Shown here in pieces: positions 39,373 through 51,299 of a stretch of 64,000 nt of DNA. Origin of the DNA: Malacoraja senta (Eukaryota); NCBI GenBank assembly GCA_038087875.1, contig CM075994.1:9984001-10048000 (forward strand). The letters run 5' to 3'. The translations under genes were made by a program, and so were the position numbers. The notes beneath the pieces were generated by a model. It was not told the DNA's origin. It searched no databases and worked only from the letters and a program-made list of their open reading frames with translations. Each line of letters begins with the position of its first letter. Position 1 is the stretch's first letter.

Positions 39373-40167
39373 TGGGTTCTATCTCTGCAGCAAGGATTCT
39401 TTATTTCGATGTGCAATCTCCCATCTTTAAATTCACAAAGCTCAATTTGATAGAGAGCTCCATAGTTCCTCATAGCAGTAGCATCCACGTCGCGGGACTG
39501 GAAACTGCAAGCAACCCGAGCTAATTCTGCTACCACCATCACCTATTGCAACAAGTGAGACGGCTCCCACTGATTGCCACCGGAAAAGCTCACGTCCTTT
39601 TCAGGACGGACGATAACAGCGACGTCAACATTTGAAACATGGAAGATGGACACGAGAGAAGAAGTTCCCCAAAAGTGGCAATACGAGTAGATGGAGTGGT
39701 AATAAAGGCATATGGTTTGTTTGCCTTTGTCGGTCAGGGCATTGAGCACAAGAGTCTGGAAGCTGTGATGCAGCTTTATAGGACTAAGAATAGGCCATTT
39801 TGGGAATATTGTTTGGAGTTCTGGTTGCCCACATTTAGTTTAGTTTAAGAATGAACTGCAAATGCTGGAAAAATCGAAGGTAGACAAAAATGCTGGAGAA
39901 ACTCAGCGGGTGAGGCAGCATCTATGGAGCGAAGGAATACGTGACGTTTTTGGTCAAGAAGTAGGGTCTCGACCCGAAACGTCACCTATTCTTTCGCTCC
40001 GTAGATGTTGCCTCACCCGCTGAGTTTCTCCAGCATTTTTGTCTACCTTTAGTTTAGTTTAGTGTAGTTCATTGTCATATGTAACGAGGTACAGTGAAAA
40101 GCTTTTTTGTTCCGTGCTATCCAGTCAGTGGACAGACTATACATGATTACAATCAAGCCGTCCACAG

Positions 40168-40540
40168 CAAAGATCTTATAGCAAGCAAGAGAGATTACTC
40201 GACGAAAAAGACGTAGTACGGTCATGGCAGATTCATGGGTAATTTTCGGCCCCATTTCCGTAACCGGCTTCCGTCTCCACACCAAAGATCCCATAGCGGA
40301 GACGGAAGCCGGTTACGGAAACATCCTCGTAAAAATCAAAGCAATTATAATTTATTAACACAAACTGTTCCCCCACAACGTTGATTACACTGCGAGGCGG
40401 GTCGGGTTGGGTCGGGTTTGGTCGGGACGGGTCACTGAAATGGATGAAAAAAAGGCCCACGTTCCGCTCCGTTGCATACTACACGTCAGCCCATTGCATT
40501 TAGCAGGAGTGGTCTATCTTGCTCTGCTATAGGATCTTTG
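40168..40540. mobile_element. Non-autonomous TIR DNA transposon (MITE) with 8-bp TSD, P-like
   Basis: Termini CAAAGATCTTATAGC / GCTATAGGATCTTTG; TSD GTCCACAG at 40160-40167 and 40541-40548. Confidence 0.85.
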
Positions 40541-42234
40541 GTCCACAGCGTGCAGATGCGGGATAATGGGAATAACGTTTAGTGCAAGATAAAGTTTTTA
40601 AAAATCGGATTAAAAATAATTTGGGTTCTTGATGGTAGCTCAGTACTGCTTTCAACTAATGGTGGCCCTGGAGAGGAGGGGTTTAGCAGAATGGCGCGTG
40701 GATGAGATGCTATAATAAGCTACAAGGAAAGCTTGCAAAAACTGTGGTTGCTTTCTCGGATGCTGAGGAAAGTATATAAATTTATAAGAGACATAGATAG
40801 GGTAGACAGTCAGAACCTTTTTCCCGGGGTGAAAATGTGAAAAATTAGAGGGCATACCTTTTCAGGTGAGAATGGCAAAGATTAAAGGTGATGTGCGGGC
40901 CAAGGTTTTTACACAGAGTGCGGTGGATGCCTGGAAGGCGTTGCCAGGGGCGGTGACGGATACAATAGCAGCATTTCAGTGACTTTTGGATAGGCACGCA
41001 GATATGTAGGGTAAGGAGGGATATGGATCATGTGCATTCATCATCGTTGAAAACGTTAGCGACGCAATGGTGCTGGTTTCCGATGGGAACGGTGACGGAC
41101 GCACCACACATCTCTGTCCTCCAGTTCCTGCGGACTTCCGCCTCTGGAAGTATAGGATTTTGGTGTGTGTGTGTACTTTATCATCTTTCCTTACAATGCT
41201 GCGTGCGACAGCGATCGCAACTTCTACTGAAGTGTGGATGGCCGTTGGCTCGCTAGAAGCTCATCCACCCTTGGGCAGGTCTTGTTTTTGGTCCTGCTGG
41301 GGGTCCACAGCCCCCTCCTCACCTGGCAAACCAGGTGGGGGAGACGGTTTAGTCGCCGACTATCCGACCATGGAGCAGGTAGCACAGGATTACTTGGTAC
41401 CCGTGGCGGGGGGAACTCCCCCTGACCTTACCTGATCATGTGCAAAAGTCAAAGTCAAAGTCAATTTTATTCGTCACATGCACCCGAAGGTGCAGTGATA
41501 TGAATTTGCCAGCAGCGAAGCACCTAAAAAGAACACACAATACACAATAGAATTTAACACAAACATCCACCACAGCATTCTCCACTGTGATGGAAGGCAA
41601 CAAAGTGCAGTCAGTCCTCCTCCTTTGATCATCCGTGGTCGGGGCCATGAACCCTCCGTAGTCGCCGCTACGGACGGCCAGATTTACAGGACCTCTCGTT
41701 GAGATGATCAAACCTCTGACGTCGGGACGGTCAATCACACTCTGCGGCTTGGAGTGCCCGAATCGGCCACTTTCCTACCGGAGACCGCGGCTTCAGGATG
41801 TTATGGGCCGCAGGCCGGCAGGCAGAGAGAACTTGGCATCATGTTTGTCATGGATATTGAGGGCCAAAGGGACTGAACTAAACTAAACTAACCTACTGTT
41901 CTATGTTCAATATAGCTATGAGATTAAACAGCACTCACGCACCAAATGGAGATGTAATGTTGTTGGTCCTTCAAAGTGCTATTTATATAATGCCATTTGG
42001 GAATGACATTATTGTGAAATTAGAGTAGGTAAATTTAAGAGATGGGGTGAAAATATGAAAGCTGAGGTGTTGGAGTCAGAAGTTAGGAGAAATTAAATGG
42101 ACGATTTGGGATTGTGGTTAAATTTGATTTTGATGGTTAAAAACAGTATTTAAAAAATTTATAAGTTGAGAGTGTCACTAGAGTCACAAGATGCCTCCAA
42201 TGAATAGATGATCAAGCACTCGTATTATAAGGCA

Positions 42235-44575
42235 TAGACATTAGCAATAGACAATAGACAATAGGTGCAGGAGTAGGCCATTCGGCCCTTCGAGCCATTC
42301 AATGTGATCATGGCTGATCATCCCCACTCAGTATCCCGTTGAAAGCATCCAGAGAACCTACCTCCACCGCCCTCTGAGGCAGAGAATGCCACAGAATCAC
42401 AAATCTCTGTGCGAAAAATTGTTTCCTCATCTCCGTTCTAAATGGCTTACCACTTATTCTTAAACTGTGGCCCCTGGTTCTGGACTCCCCCAACATCGGG
42501 AACATGTTTCCTGCCTCTAGGGTGTCCAAACCCTTGATGATCTTATATGTTTCAACAAGATCCCCTCTCATCCTTCTAAATTCCAAAGTGTACAAGCCCA
42601 GCCGCTCCATTCTCTCAGTATATGACAGTCCCGCCATCCCGGGAATTAACCTTGTAAACCTACGCTGCACTCCGTCAATAGCAATAATGTCCTTCCTCTA
42701 CCCAAGCAAAATATGAGATGCTTATGTTGATGTTTACAGAGTACTATGTTTACTTGTCTGTTGTGCTGCTGCAAGTAAGATCTCCATTAGAAGAAAAAAG
42801 TAGAAACAAGGAACTGAAGAGGCTGGTTTATACCAAAGACAGACACAAAGTGCTGGAGTAACTCAGCGGATCAGGCATCATCTCTCGAGGAAAATTATGG
42901 GTAACATTTCGGGTCGGGACCCCTTCCTCAGACTTATTGTTCCATTTTGGGACATATGACAATAAAACACTCTTGACACTTCACTATGGTGGTCATAGCC
43001 TGAGAATGAAAAGACGTTCTTTTAGGAAGGAGATGAGAAAAAATTTCTTTTGTCAGCGGGTGGTGAATCTGTGGAATTCTTTGCCACAGAAGGCTGCGGA
43101 GGCCAAGTGGATCATAATAATCATAATCATAATCAGTTTTATTCGTCACTTGCACATAAAGTGCAAGTGAAATGAATTTGTCAGCAGCGGTACAATGAAA
43201 AAGAACACACAAAAACACAATAAAAATGTAACATAAACATCCACCACAGCATTCATCATATTTTGCAGTTAGAGATTAATAGATTCTTGATTAGTGCAGG
43301 CATTAGAGGTTATGGGGAGAAGGAGGGGGAATGGGGTTAGGAGGGAGAGATAGATGAGCCATGATTGAATGGCGGAGTAGACGTGATGGGCCAAATGGCC
43401 TAATTCTACTCTTATTCCTTATTGTGTCTTGTCTCTGACCCATCATGTTTCAATACAGTCCAAATATAATCTGTAGATAGACACAAAAAGCTGGAGTAAC
43501 TCAGCGGGACAGGCAAGCATCATCAATGGAGAGAAGGAATGGGTGACATTTCGGGGCGAGACCCTACTTCAGACAGTTGCCTTGATGAGATTTCGCAGTG
43601 GTGCAGACAAAATGTGTGTGTAGGAAGGCACTGCAGATGCTGGCTTCCACCGAAGAAAGAGACTTTAAATGCTGGAGTAACTCAGCGGGACAGGCAAGCA
43701 TCTCTGGAGAGAAGGAATGGGGGTTTGTTTTGGGTCGGAACCCTTGGACCCAAAACCTCACCTATCTATTCCTTTTCTCCAGAGATGCTGCCTGACCCGC
43801 TGAGTTTACTCCAGCATTTTGTGTCCATCTTCTGATCATCTGTCGGTAGAGGCAACATAAACGGACGTCATCGACATCCTCTAAGCTCATTGGTTGAAAG
43901 CCGGCACGGAATACTGCTTTCTGATTGGTTGTTTTGGGGGTTACATTTCTAATCCCTCTATGCAAATGAGATGCCCGGTTACGTTACAAACGGTTCAATG
44001 TTGGCCGTTGGCTGCTGTAAACTTTCAAATACAGCCCACGCGGCCAAATTAAACCGTCAAAGGCTTTTAAACATTTGAATGACCTTAAATGGCCTTAAAA
44101 TATCCTAAGCACACCTCACACCTCAAGTCATTTGTTTGACTTTAGGATTTATTTTTTCTGCCCACCCTCCAGAGCTAAATATAAAATTGTATCTTTGTAC
44201 AACTGTGAATAATACCATTGCTCGCTTTAAGGTTTTCACTTAATTCATTTCTGCTTTCCTTTCTCTCACAAAATCTTGAAAATTCAACATCCAAACATCA
44301 AGAAACACTTTTTCTCACAGAGAGTTGTGAGTCTGTGGAATTCTCTGCCCCAGAGGGCGGTGGAGGCCGGTTCTCTGGATACTTTCAAGCAAAGATACTA
44401 GAGGAGATACTCTAGTATCTTTGCTTTCAAGAGAGAGCTAGATAGGGCTCTTAAAGATAGCGGAGTCAGGGGATATGGGGAGAAGACAGGAACTTGGTAC
44501 TGATTGGGGATGATCAGCCATTGAAGGGCTGAATGGTCTACTCCTGCACCCATTGTCTATTGTCTATTGTCTATT
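42235..44575. mobile_element. CR1 3' fragments (42235-42697 -, 42990-43420 +, 44300-44575 +) and Penelope-derived short elements (43475-43830)
   Basis: CR1 peptides and UTR; gctggagtaactcagcgggacagg repeats. Confidence 0.75.
44390..44423. mobile_element. 34-bp TIR-only remnant of the CAAAGAT family
   Basis: CAAAGATACTAGAG-GAGATA-CTCTAGTATCTTTG flanked by TSD CTTTCAAG (44382-44389, 44424-44431) inside a CR1. Confidence 0.85.
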
Positions 44576-45164
44576 ATCACTGCACAATAGTTGAGTTTAC
44601 TTTAGTTTAGTTTAGATTAGTTGTAGTTGCAGTTTGCATTTGGAATTCTAGTTTTTTTGTTTTAGTCTTAGCTCTAGTTTGAGTCTCAGTTTTAATTTTA
44701 TTTATTGATTCGTGTACCGAGGTACAGTGAGAAGCTTTTTGGTTAAAATCATCCAGAGTCTGTCCGGTCCTGACCTCCCATCTAATTCATCGGAGACCGT
44801 TGAGTCAAAAGACTGCACGGCCTTTCCTTTAACTGGATAGCATGCAAACAAAAGCTTTTCACTGTATCTCAGTGCACGTGACAATAATAAACTAAACTAA
44901 AAGATTTTAAATGGATTCACAACGAAGCATTGTGGTTACTCTGGAGAGGAAGTCACCAACATTACCCCAAGTAACAGCACAGATAAGGTGCAGTGAAATG
45001 TGAGAGATCCACAACTCTCTGGGTGAAAACGTTTTTCCTCATCTCAGTCCTAAATGGCCTACCCATTATTCTTAAACAGTTACCCCTGGTGCTGGACTCC
45101 TTTATTATTATTGTGATTATTGTTGTTGTTGTTGTTGATATTATTGTTATTATTATTGTTATTG

Positions 45165-45783
45165 TATCTTTCCTGGTCCGAGAACACTGATGCAATCATA
45201 AAGCAAGCACATCAGCGCCTCTACTTCCTGAGAAGATTACGGAGAGTCGGTATGTCAAGGAGGACTCTCTCTAACTTCTACAGGTGCACAGTAGAGAGCA
45301 TGTTGACTGGTTGCATCGTGGCTTGGTTCGGAAACTTGAACACCCTGGAGCGGAAAAGACTACAAAAAGTAGTAAACACTGCCCAGTCCATCATCGGCTC
45401 TGACCTCCCGTCCATCGAGGGGATCTATCACAGTCGCTGCCTCAAAAAGGCTGGCAACATCATCAAGGTCCCACACCATCCGGGCCATACACTCATCTCC
45501 CCACTACCTTCAGGTAGAAGATACAGGAGCCTGAAGACTGCAACGACCAGGTTCAGGAATAGCTGCTTCCCCACAGCCATCAGGCTATTAAACTCGTCTC
45601 GGACAAAACTCTGAACATTAATAGCCCAAAATCTGTTTATTTGCATTTTATCAGTTTATTTATATATTTATACAATGGTATATGGACACACTGATCTGTT
45701 CTGTATTCGTGCCTACTATGTTCTGGTGTGCTAAAGCAAAGCAAGAATTTTATTGTCTAAACTCTCTTGAACTCTTGAACTCT
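45165..45783 (+). mobile_element. Rex1/Babar-like LINE 3' fragment (related copies 60625-61165 -, 62130-62470 +, 55420-55860 -)
   Basis: KQAHQRLYFLRRLRRVGMS..LSNFYRCTVESMLTGCIVAWFG...RFRNSCFPTAIRLLN; short tandem-repeat tail. Confidence 0.85.
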
Positions 45784-46275
45784 TGATTATTGTTATTACT
45801 GTTGTTATTATTGTTGTTGATGCTATTATGATGATTATTATTCTCATTATTATTGTTGCTATTATTATTATTGGCATTATTATTATTATTATTGTTGTTA
45901 TTAATATTGCTATTATTATTGTTGTTATTATTGTTGCTAATATTATTATTATTAATATTATTATTATTGTCGTTATTATTATTAATGTTTCTATTATTAT
46001 GATCGTGGTTATTCTCATTACTAGTGTTTCTATTATTATTGTCGTTATTCTCATTATTAGTGTTTCTATTATAATTATTGTTATTATTGTTGCTATTATT
46101 ATTGTTGCTGATTATTGTTATTATTTTCCTATTATTATTGTTGTTATTATTGTTGCTATTGTTATTGTTATTATTGTTACTATTACCCTGATTTGGATTG
46201 TTATTATTATTATTGCTATTATTATTGTTTTTGTTGTAGTTATTGTTGCTATTATTATTATGATTATTATATTTA
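45783..46275. repeat. Degenerate (ATT/GTT)n microsatellite; similar tracts at 45100-45165, 48055-48135, 50705-51122, 55860-56085
   Basis: Direct inspection. Confidence 0.95.
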
Positions 46276-46430
46276 ATGTAATGGCAATTTCAAACATTTT
46301 CATTGTCATTACTACACTGACAGGGAGCTGTGGATCGAATTTACGCAGTACGATAACAAAAACTAATCTTCCAGTCATTATTTCCAGTTTAATTTATTCT
46401 TTATTGATATAAATACAAAGAAGTATCTCA

Positions 46431-47777
46431 TCTATATTACTAAAAGTCTGATCTTGACCACTTCCTGTTGTTCTATATATTGATTTTAGAAAAAAACGCT
46501 GCCACTTACGGCTGTAATTTTTGGCCATCTTACTCAGAGTCCCCCTCCGCTGCGCAGGACAAGAGGATTTTTCCCATTGATTAAAAAGACAAGAGTTATT
46601 AGTGTTTAAAAAATGTTGAGATGCTCTCTCCTGAAGGCTGCGCCCCTTCCGGAGGGCCTATAAAACCCAGAAGTGTTGAGTGCCTCAGTCAGTCTCTGCA
46701 AGATGGGGGAGCGAGAGGGTCACGTCTCTCAGTCTGAGCTGTGAATAACACTAAACACATGTCTACTAAACTGTAAGTGGTTTCACTGACCTGTCAGTGC
46801 CCTTCATGTGGTTTAAAAATGCTAAAGCTGTGTTGCCTTTTGTTTGGAAATGCTAAAGCTGTGTTGCCTTTGGTTTGGAAATGCTCAAGCTGTGTTGCCT
46901 TTGGTTTGGAAATGCTAAAGCTGTGTTGCCTAATTAGAGTTGCCTAATTAAAGTTGCCTTGCCTAATTAAAGTTGCCATGCCTAATTAAAGTTGCCTTGC
47001 CTAATTAAAGTTGCCTTGCCTTCTATATAATTAAAAGTCTAATCTTGACCACTTCCTGTTTACGCTTTATATTGATTTTAGAAAAAACGCTACCATGTAC
47101 GGCTGTGATTTTTGGCCATCTTAGAGTCCACCTCCGCTCATCAGGAGGATTTTTCCCATCGATGAAAAATAAAAGAGTTATTAGTGTTTTAAAAATGTTG
47201 AGATTCTCTCTCCTGTCAATCACGCCATGAAGGCCAAGCCCCTTCTGATGGGAGGGGGGAAGGGACTATAAAACCCAGAAGTGTGGGCAAGTCTCTGCAA
47301 GAAGGGGGAGGGAGAGGTCACGACTCGCTGTTTTTAATGGCCTTGCACGCTGCTTGAAATGGTATGAAACTGCACTTAAATTTGGTGGCCTTGCACCCTG
47401 CTTGAAGTGGTATGAAACTGCACTTGAATTTGATGGCCTTGCACCTTGCTTGAAGTGGTATGAAACTGCACTTGAATTTGGTGGCCTTGCACCATGCTTG
47501 AAATGGAATTTCAAGGAATAGCCGTGAGTCAACTGCCAGCCTAGCAGCCGTGAGTGAGTGACCTGCCAGCATAACAGGCTTGAGTGACTGAGCCGCCAGC
47601 CCAAGAATCCATTCGGCCCACAATGTCCATACTAGCACTCTGGAAACCAGTCCCTTCAGCCCACAACACCCATACCACTGGCCACCAATATTGGAATTGG
47701 TGGAGAGTTGGAATATTGCGTTGGGGGACCAGCCCTCCCATGTGATGCTGGGACCCAACGGGTTCCACTTAGTCTAA
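46431..47777 (+). mobile_element. Non-autonomous Helitron with two 5' termini and internal minisatellites
   Basis: 5' A|TCTATATTACTAAAAG at 46431, second TCTATATAATTAAAAG at ~47022; 3' hairpin GGGACCC-AAC-GGGTTCC followed by CTAA|T (variant of CTRR); A/T target with no TSD; internal ~33-, ~21- and ~51-bp tandem repeats. Confidence 0.8.
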
Positions 47778-48159
47778 TGCAGATTGTAGCTTTCCGTTCT
47801 TACTATCCGAACTGTCCGTTCTTACTATCTCAATTGGTCGTTCTTACTATCCGAACTGGTAAAAACTGTGTCTTCTCTTCGCGAGCCAGCTCTCGTCTGA
47901 TCTGACCACACGCTGTCGTATAGCTTAGTTCAATGTAAGTCACGCCCATCTACGTAAATCCCACCCCAAAGCGTGCAAACTGATAGAGCAAGAAATATCC
48001 AGCCAAAATAATATAATATACTAACAGTACCTAACATAAGCATAGATGGCTTCTACAATTATTATTATTATTACTATTACTATAATAATAATAATAATAA
48101 TAATTATTATTATTATTATTACTATTATTAATAATAGCGTCCGCAGGTGTGTGTGTGAG

Positions 48160-49250
48160 GTGCTCCTGTTGGGAGCGGCTCACGACCAGGATGTCATCGA
48201 GGTAAATGTAGACAAAGTTCAATCCCCGACCGACCATGTCCATTAGGCACTGGAACTGCGTTCTTCAAACCGAAGGGCATGCGAAGCCACTCAAACAGCC
48301 CGAACGGGGTGATGGTGGCAGTGTTGGGCACGTCTTCCGGGCGCACAAGGATCTGGTGATAATCACGGACCAGGTCCACCTTGGAGAAAAAGGTGGCGCC
48401 CTCCAGATGGGCCGAAAAGTCCTGTATATGTGGGACCGGGTAGCATTCCTCGGTTGTAATGGCGTTCAGGCGTCTGTAATCCCCGCAAGATCTCCGCCCC
48501 CCAGATGACTTATGTGCAATGGGGACGCCCATGAGCTATTGGAGCGGCGCATGATCCCCCATGTCCTCCATCTGCTGGAATTCCTCCCTGGCGACGCGCA
48601 GCTTGTCAGGTGGAAGCCAGCGCGCCCGGGCTTGTAATGGCGGTCCCATGGTAGGAAAATGGTGCGTCACCTCATGCTTGGGGGCCGCCGTGTTGAAACG
48701 GGGGGTGAAGGGCTCCGGGAACTCTGCGAGGAGGGAGGCATATGGGCCCTCTACTTCAGCCACTGCGTTGAGCTGCGGGCAGGGTGCCATCGCGGGTCGC
48801 GGGGCCGAGGTCAGCCGGTGGAATAAGGCGCCCGCCCCGTACGTCCACCATGACGGAAAAGGCCGGAAGGAAGTCAGCTCCCAGGTAGACAAAAGTGCTG
48901 GAGAAACTCAGCAGATGCAGCGGCATCTATGGAGCGAAGGAAATAGGCTACGTTTCGGGCTGAAACCCTTCTTCAGACTGAAGAAGGGTTTCAGCCCTAA
49001 ACGTTGCCTATTTCCTGCGCTCCATAGATGCCGCTGCACCCGCTGAGTTTCTCCAGCATTTTTGTCTACCTTCGATTTTCCAGCCTCTGCAGTTCCTTCT
49101 TAAACAGTCAGCGCCCAGGAGAGGCTGGGCCACCATTGCGACGACAAATGTCCAAACGTACGGGCGGGAGTCGAAAGAGAGGGATAGGGTCCTCGTGCCT
49201 TAGGTGCGGATAGTACTGCGGTTGACAACCGTGAGGACTGGGCCCCGCTT
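48160..49250 (-). mobile_element. Ty3/Gypsy pol remnant B (protease to RT), decayed
   Basis: Protease-like TFVV...QPLLGADF; CGDYRRLNAIT..YPVPHIQDF..FSKVDLVR.YHQI..TPFGLFEWLRMPFGLKNA; YLDDILV at ~48190-48210. Confidence 0.85.
48886..49105. mobile_element. 220-bp fold-back Penelope-derived element with 14-bp TSD
   Basis: Inverted repeat centred on cttcagactgaag (~48972-48984); TSD AGTCAGC(T/G)CCCAGG at 48872-48885 and 49106-49119. Confidence 0.8.
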
Positions 49251-50705
49251 ACCGAGGCACGGGTGTCACGGTTTTACCAAAGATGAAGTCCTTGAATTTA
49301 ATGCAGGCGAAAACCACTGCGAGCATTTCCTTTTCGATCTGGGTATAGCGCTGTTCAGTGTCAGTGAGTGTATGGGATGCATATGACACGGGCTTGAAAT
49401 CGGCATCAGTAGTGGCCTGCAGGCACGCTGCGCCTAGCCTATACTGGGACGCATCGCAAGTGAGTGTTACCGGAAACTCCAAATCGAAATAGGAGAGTGT
49501 AGGTGAGCTAGCCAGCTGCAGTTTGAGAGTGTCGAAAGCCCTTTGGTGCCGCGGGTACCAGGACCATGCCGCGTCCTTGTGTGTCAGTTCTCACAGGAGG
49601 GCCGATATGTCGCTGAGGTTGGGAATAGATTTTCCCAGGTGGTTAACCATACCGAGGAATCGTTGTAAACTCACGACATCTGTAGGAACCGGCAGTTCGT
49701 TGATAGCTGAAGTTTTCAGCGGATCTGGTCTGAGACCGTCGCTGGTAAAAACATGTGATCTCAGGAACTCGAAACCTGCACTTTACTCCTTTAGTGGATT
49801 GAGTTTAAGCTGAATGTCTTTGGCACGGTCAAGTACTCTCTTCAGATTGGCGTCATGTTCAGCCAAGTCGCGACCGTAGACGAGAATATCATCAACAATA
49901 ATGGCACACAGGTACTCTGAAAACAATTATTCCATAGTGCGGTGGAAGACTTCATTGGCGAAGTTGATGCCGAAAGGCATTCTTAGAAATTTGAAGTGGC
50001 CAAAGGGTGTGCCGAACGTAGTGAGGTTGGATGAGTCTGGGTCTATGTGGAATCTGCCAAAAGGAGCTTTTGGCATCCAGGACCGAGAATACTGCTGCAT
50101 TGCCAATCTGTGCAGCGACATCTTCCGTGGTTCGCGTTGGGTAACGTGGGCGCTTGATGGCAGTGTTAATATCTCTGGGGTTGATGCAGATACGGATCTC
50201 CTCATGGTTTTTCTTAGTTGCAACGACCATGGTGGAAACCCAGTCGGACGGGTCAGTTACCTCAGCAATAACACCCATTTAGACCATGCGTTTGAGTTCA
50301 GCGTGTATTCTGTCGCGCATGGCATGTGGGACACGATGTGGTGCTCGGACCACGGGTGTAACTTTAGGATCAACAGTAATGCGATATTTGACAGGCAACT
50401 TACCAAGTTCATCATTAAACAGGTCTTTGTATTGAGAGAGTAGTTGCTGTTCTGGTCTTCAATTGGAGGCATGGGTTCGAATCCCACTTCTGACACCATG
50501 TAATGATGTGACCCGAACAAACATTAAGATACAACACATATTTATTAAATCACTTACAGCATAGGATCTGCAGTATGTTACAGCTCCGAGCTGCTACATC
50601 TACTTGCTGGCATAGGCGAGCTCTTGATATTATAAAGCACATACTAGGCGGAGCTACTACTAACAAATACTATGATTGGCTAGCATGCAGTAGCCAATCT
50701 ACAAA
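49250..50705 (-). mobile_element. Ty3/Gypsy remnant A: partial 5' LTR (50499-~50705), tRNA-Leu PBS, RT-RNase H; gag and protease missing
   Basis: LTR ends ...CATTACA directly before TGGTGTCAGAAGTGGGAT and contains CCAAT, TATAA and AATAAA. Pol motifs WVSTMVV, IRICINPRDIN, FSVLDAKSSFWQI, FLRMPFG, IIVDDIL, LTCDASQY.LGA, RYTQIEKEMLAVVFAC. Confidence 0.88.
50449..50498 (+). other. Copy of the 3' half of tRNA-Leu including CCA (extended primer-binding site); not a functional tRNA gene
   Basis: GTTCTGG-TCTTCAATTGGAGGC-ATGGGTTCGAATCCCAC-TTCTGACA-CCA: 3' anticodon stem, long variable arm, T arm, acceptor strand and encoded CCA; the 5' half is absent. Confidence 0.85.
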
Positions 50706-51079
50706 TATTATTATTAGTAGTACTGTTGTTGTTGTTATATTATCATTATTGTTGGTATTATTATAATAATATTATTATTATTGTTGTTATTATTATAATA
50801 TTATTATTGTTGTTGTTATTATTATATTATTATTATTATTGTTGTTGTTATTATTATTATTATATTATTATTGTTGTTATTATTATTATTATTATATTAT
50901 TATTATTGTTGTTATTATTATATTATCATTATTGTTGTTGTTATTATTATTATATTATTATTATTATTATTGTTATTATATTATTATTGTTGTTATTATT
51001 ATATTATCATTATTGTTGTTGTTATTATAATAATATTATTATTATATTTGTTATTATTATTGTATTATTATTATTGTTG

Positions 51080-51110
<31 letters not shown>

Positions 51111-51299
51111 ATTATTATTGTTGGTGAGTGAGCGAGTGAGCAAGTGAGCAAGTGAGCAAGTGAGTAAGTGAGTAAGTAAGTAGTACACAGGACAAGATGC
51201 TAAGAAGTCCCTTGTGCCAATAGGTGGGGAGCATTTCACGACATTCGTTGATTGTTGAGAGTGGTAGACGCTCAACATCGGGGGGGGGGGGGGGTAAGC

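Noticed and set aside
45731..46412. Ile/Val-rich membrane-protein-like ORFs (also 50726-51131 and the Pro/Ser or Arg/Glu ORFs at 12624-13042 and 20730-22784)
   Set aside because: Translations of microsatellite or low-complexity DNA.
50449..50498. Functional tRNA-Leu gene
   Set aside because: The 5' half and A box are absent, CCA is encoded and the sequence abuts an LTR end, so it is a PBS-derived copy.
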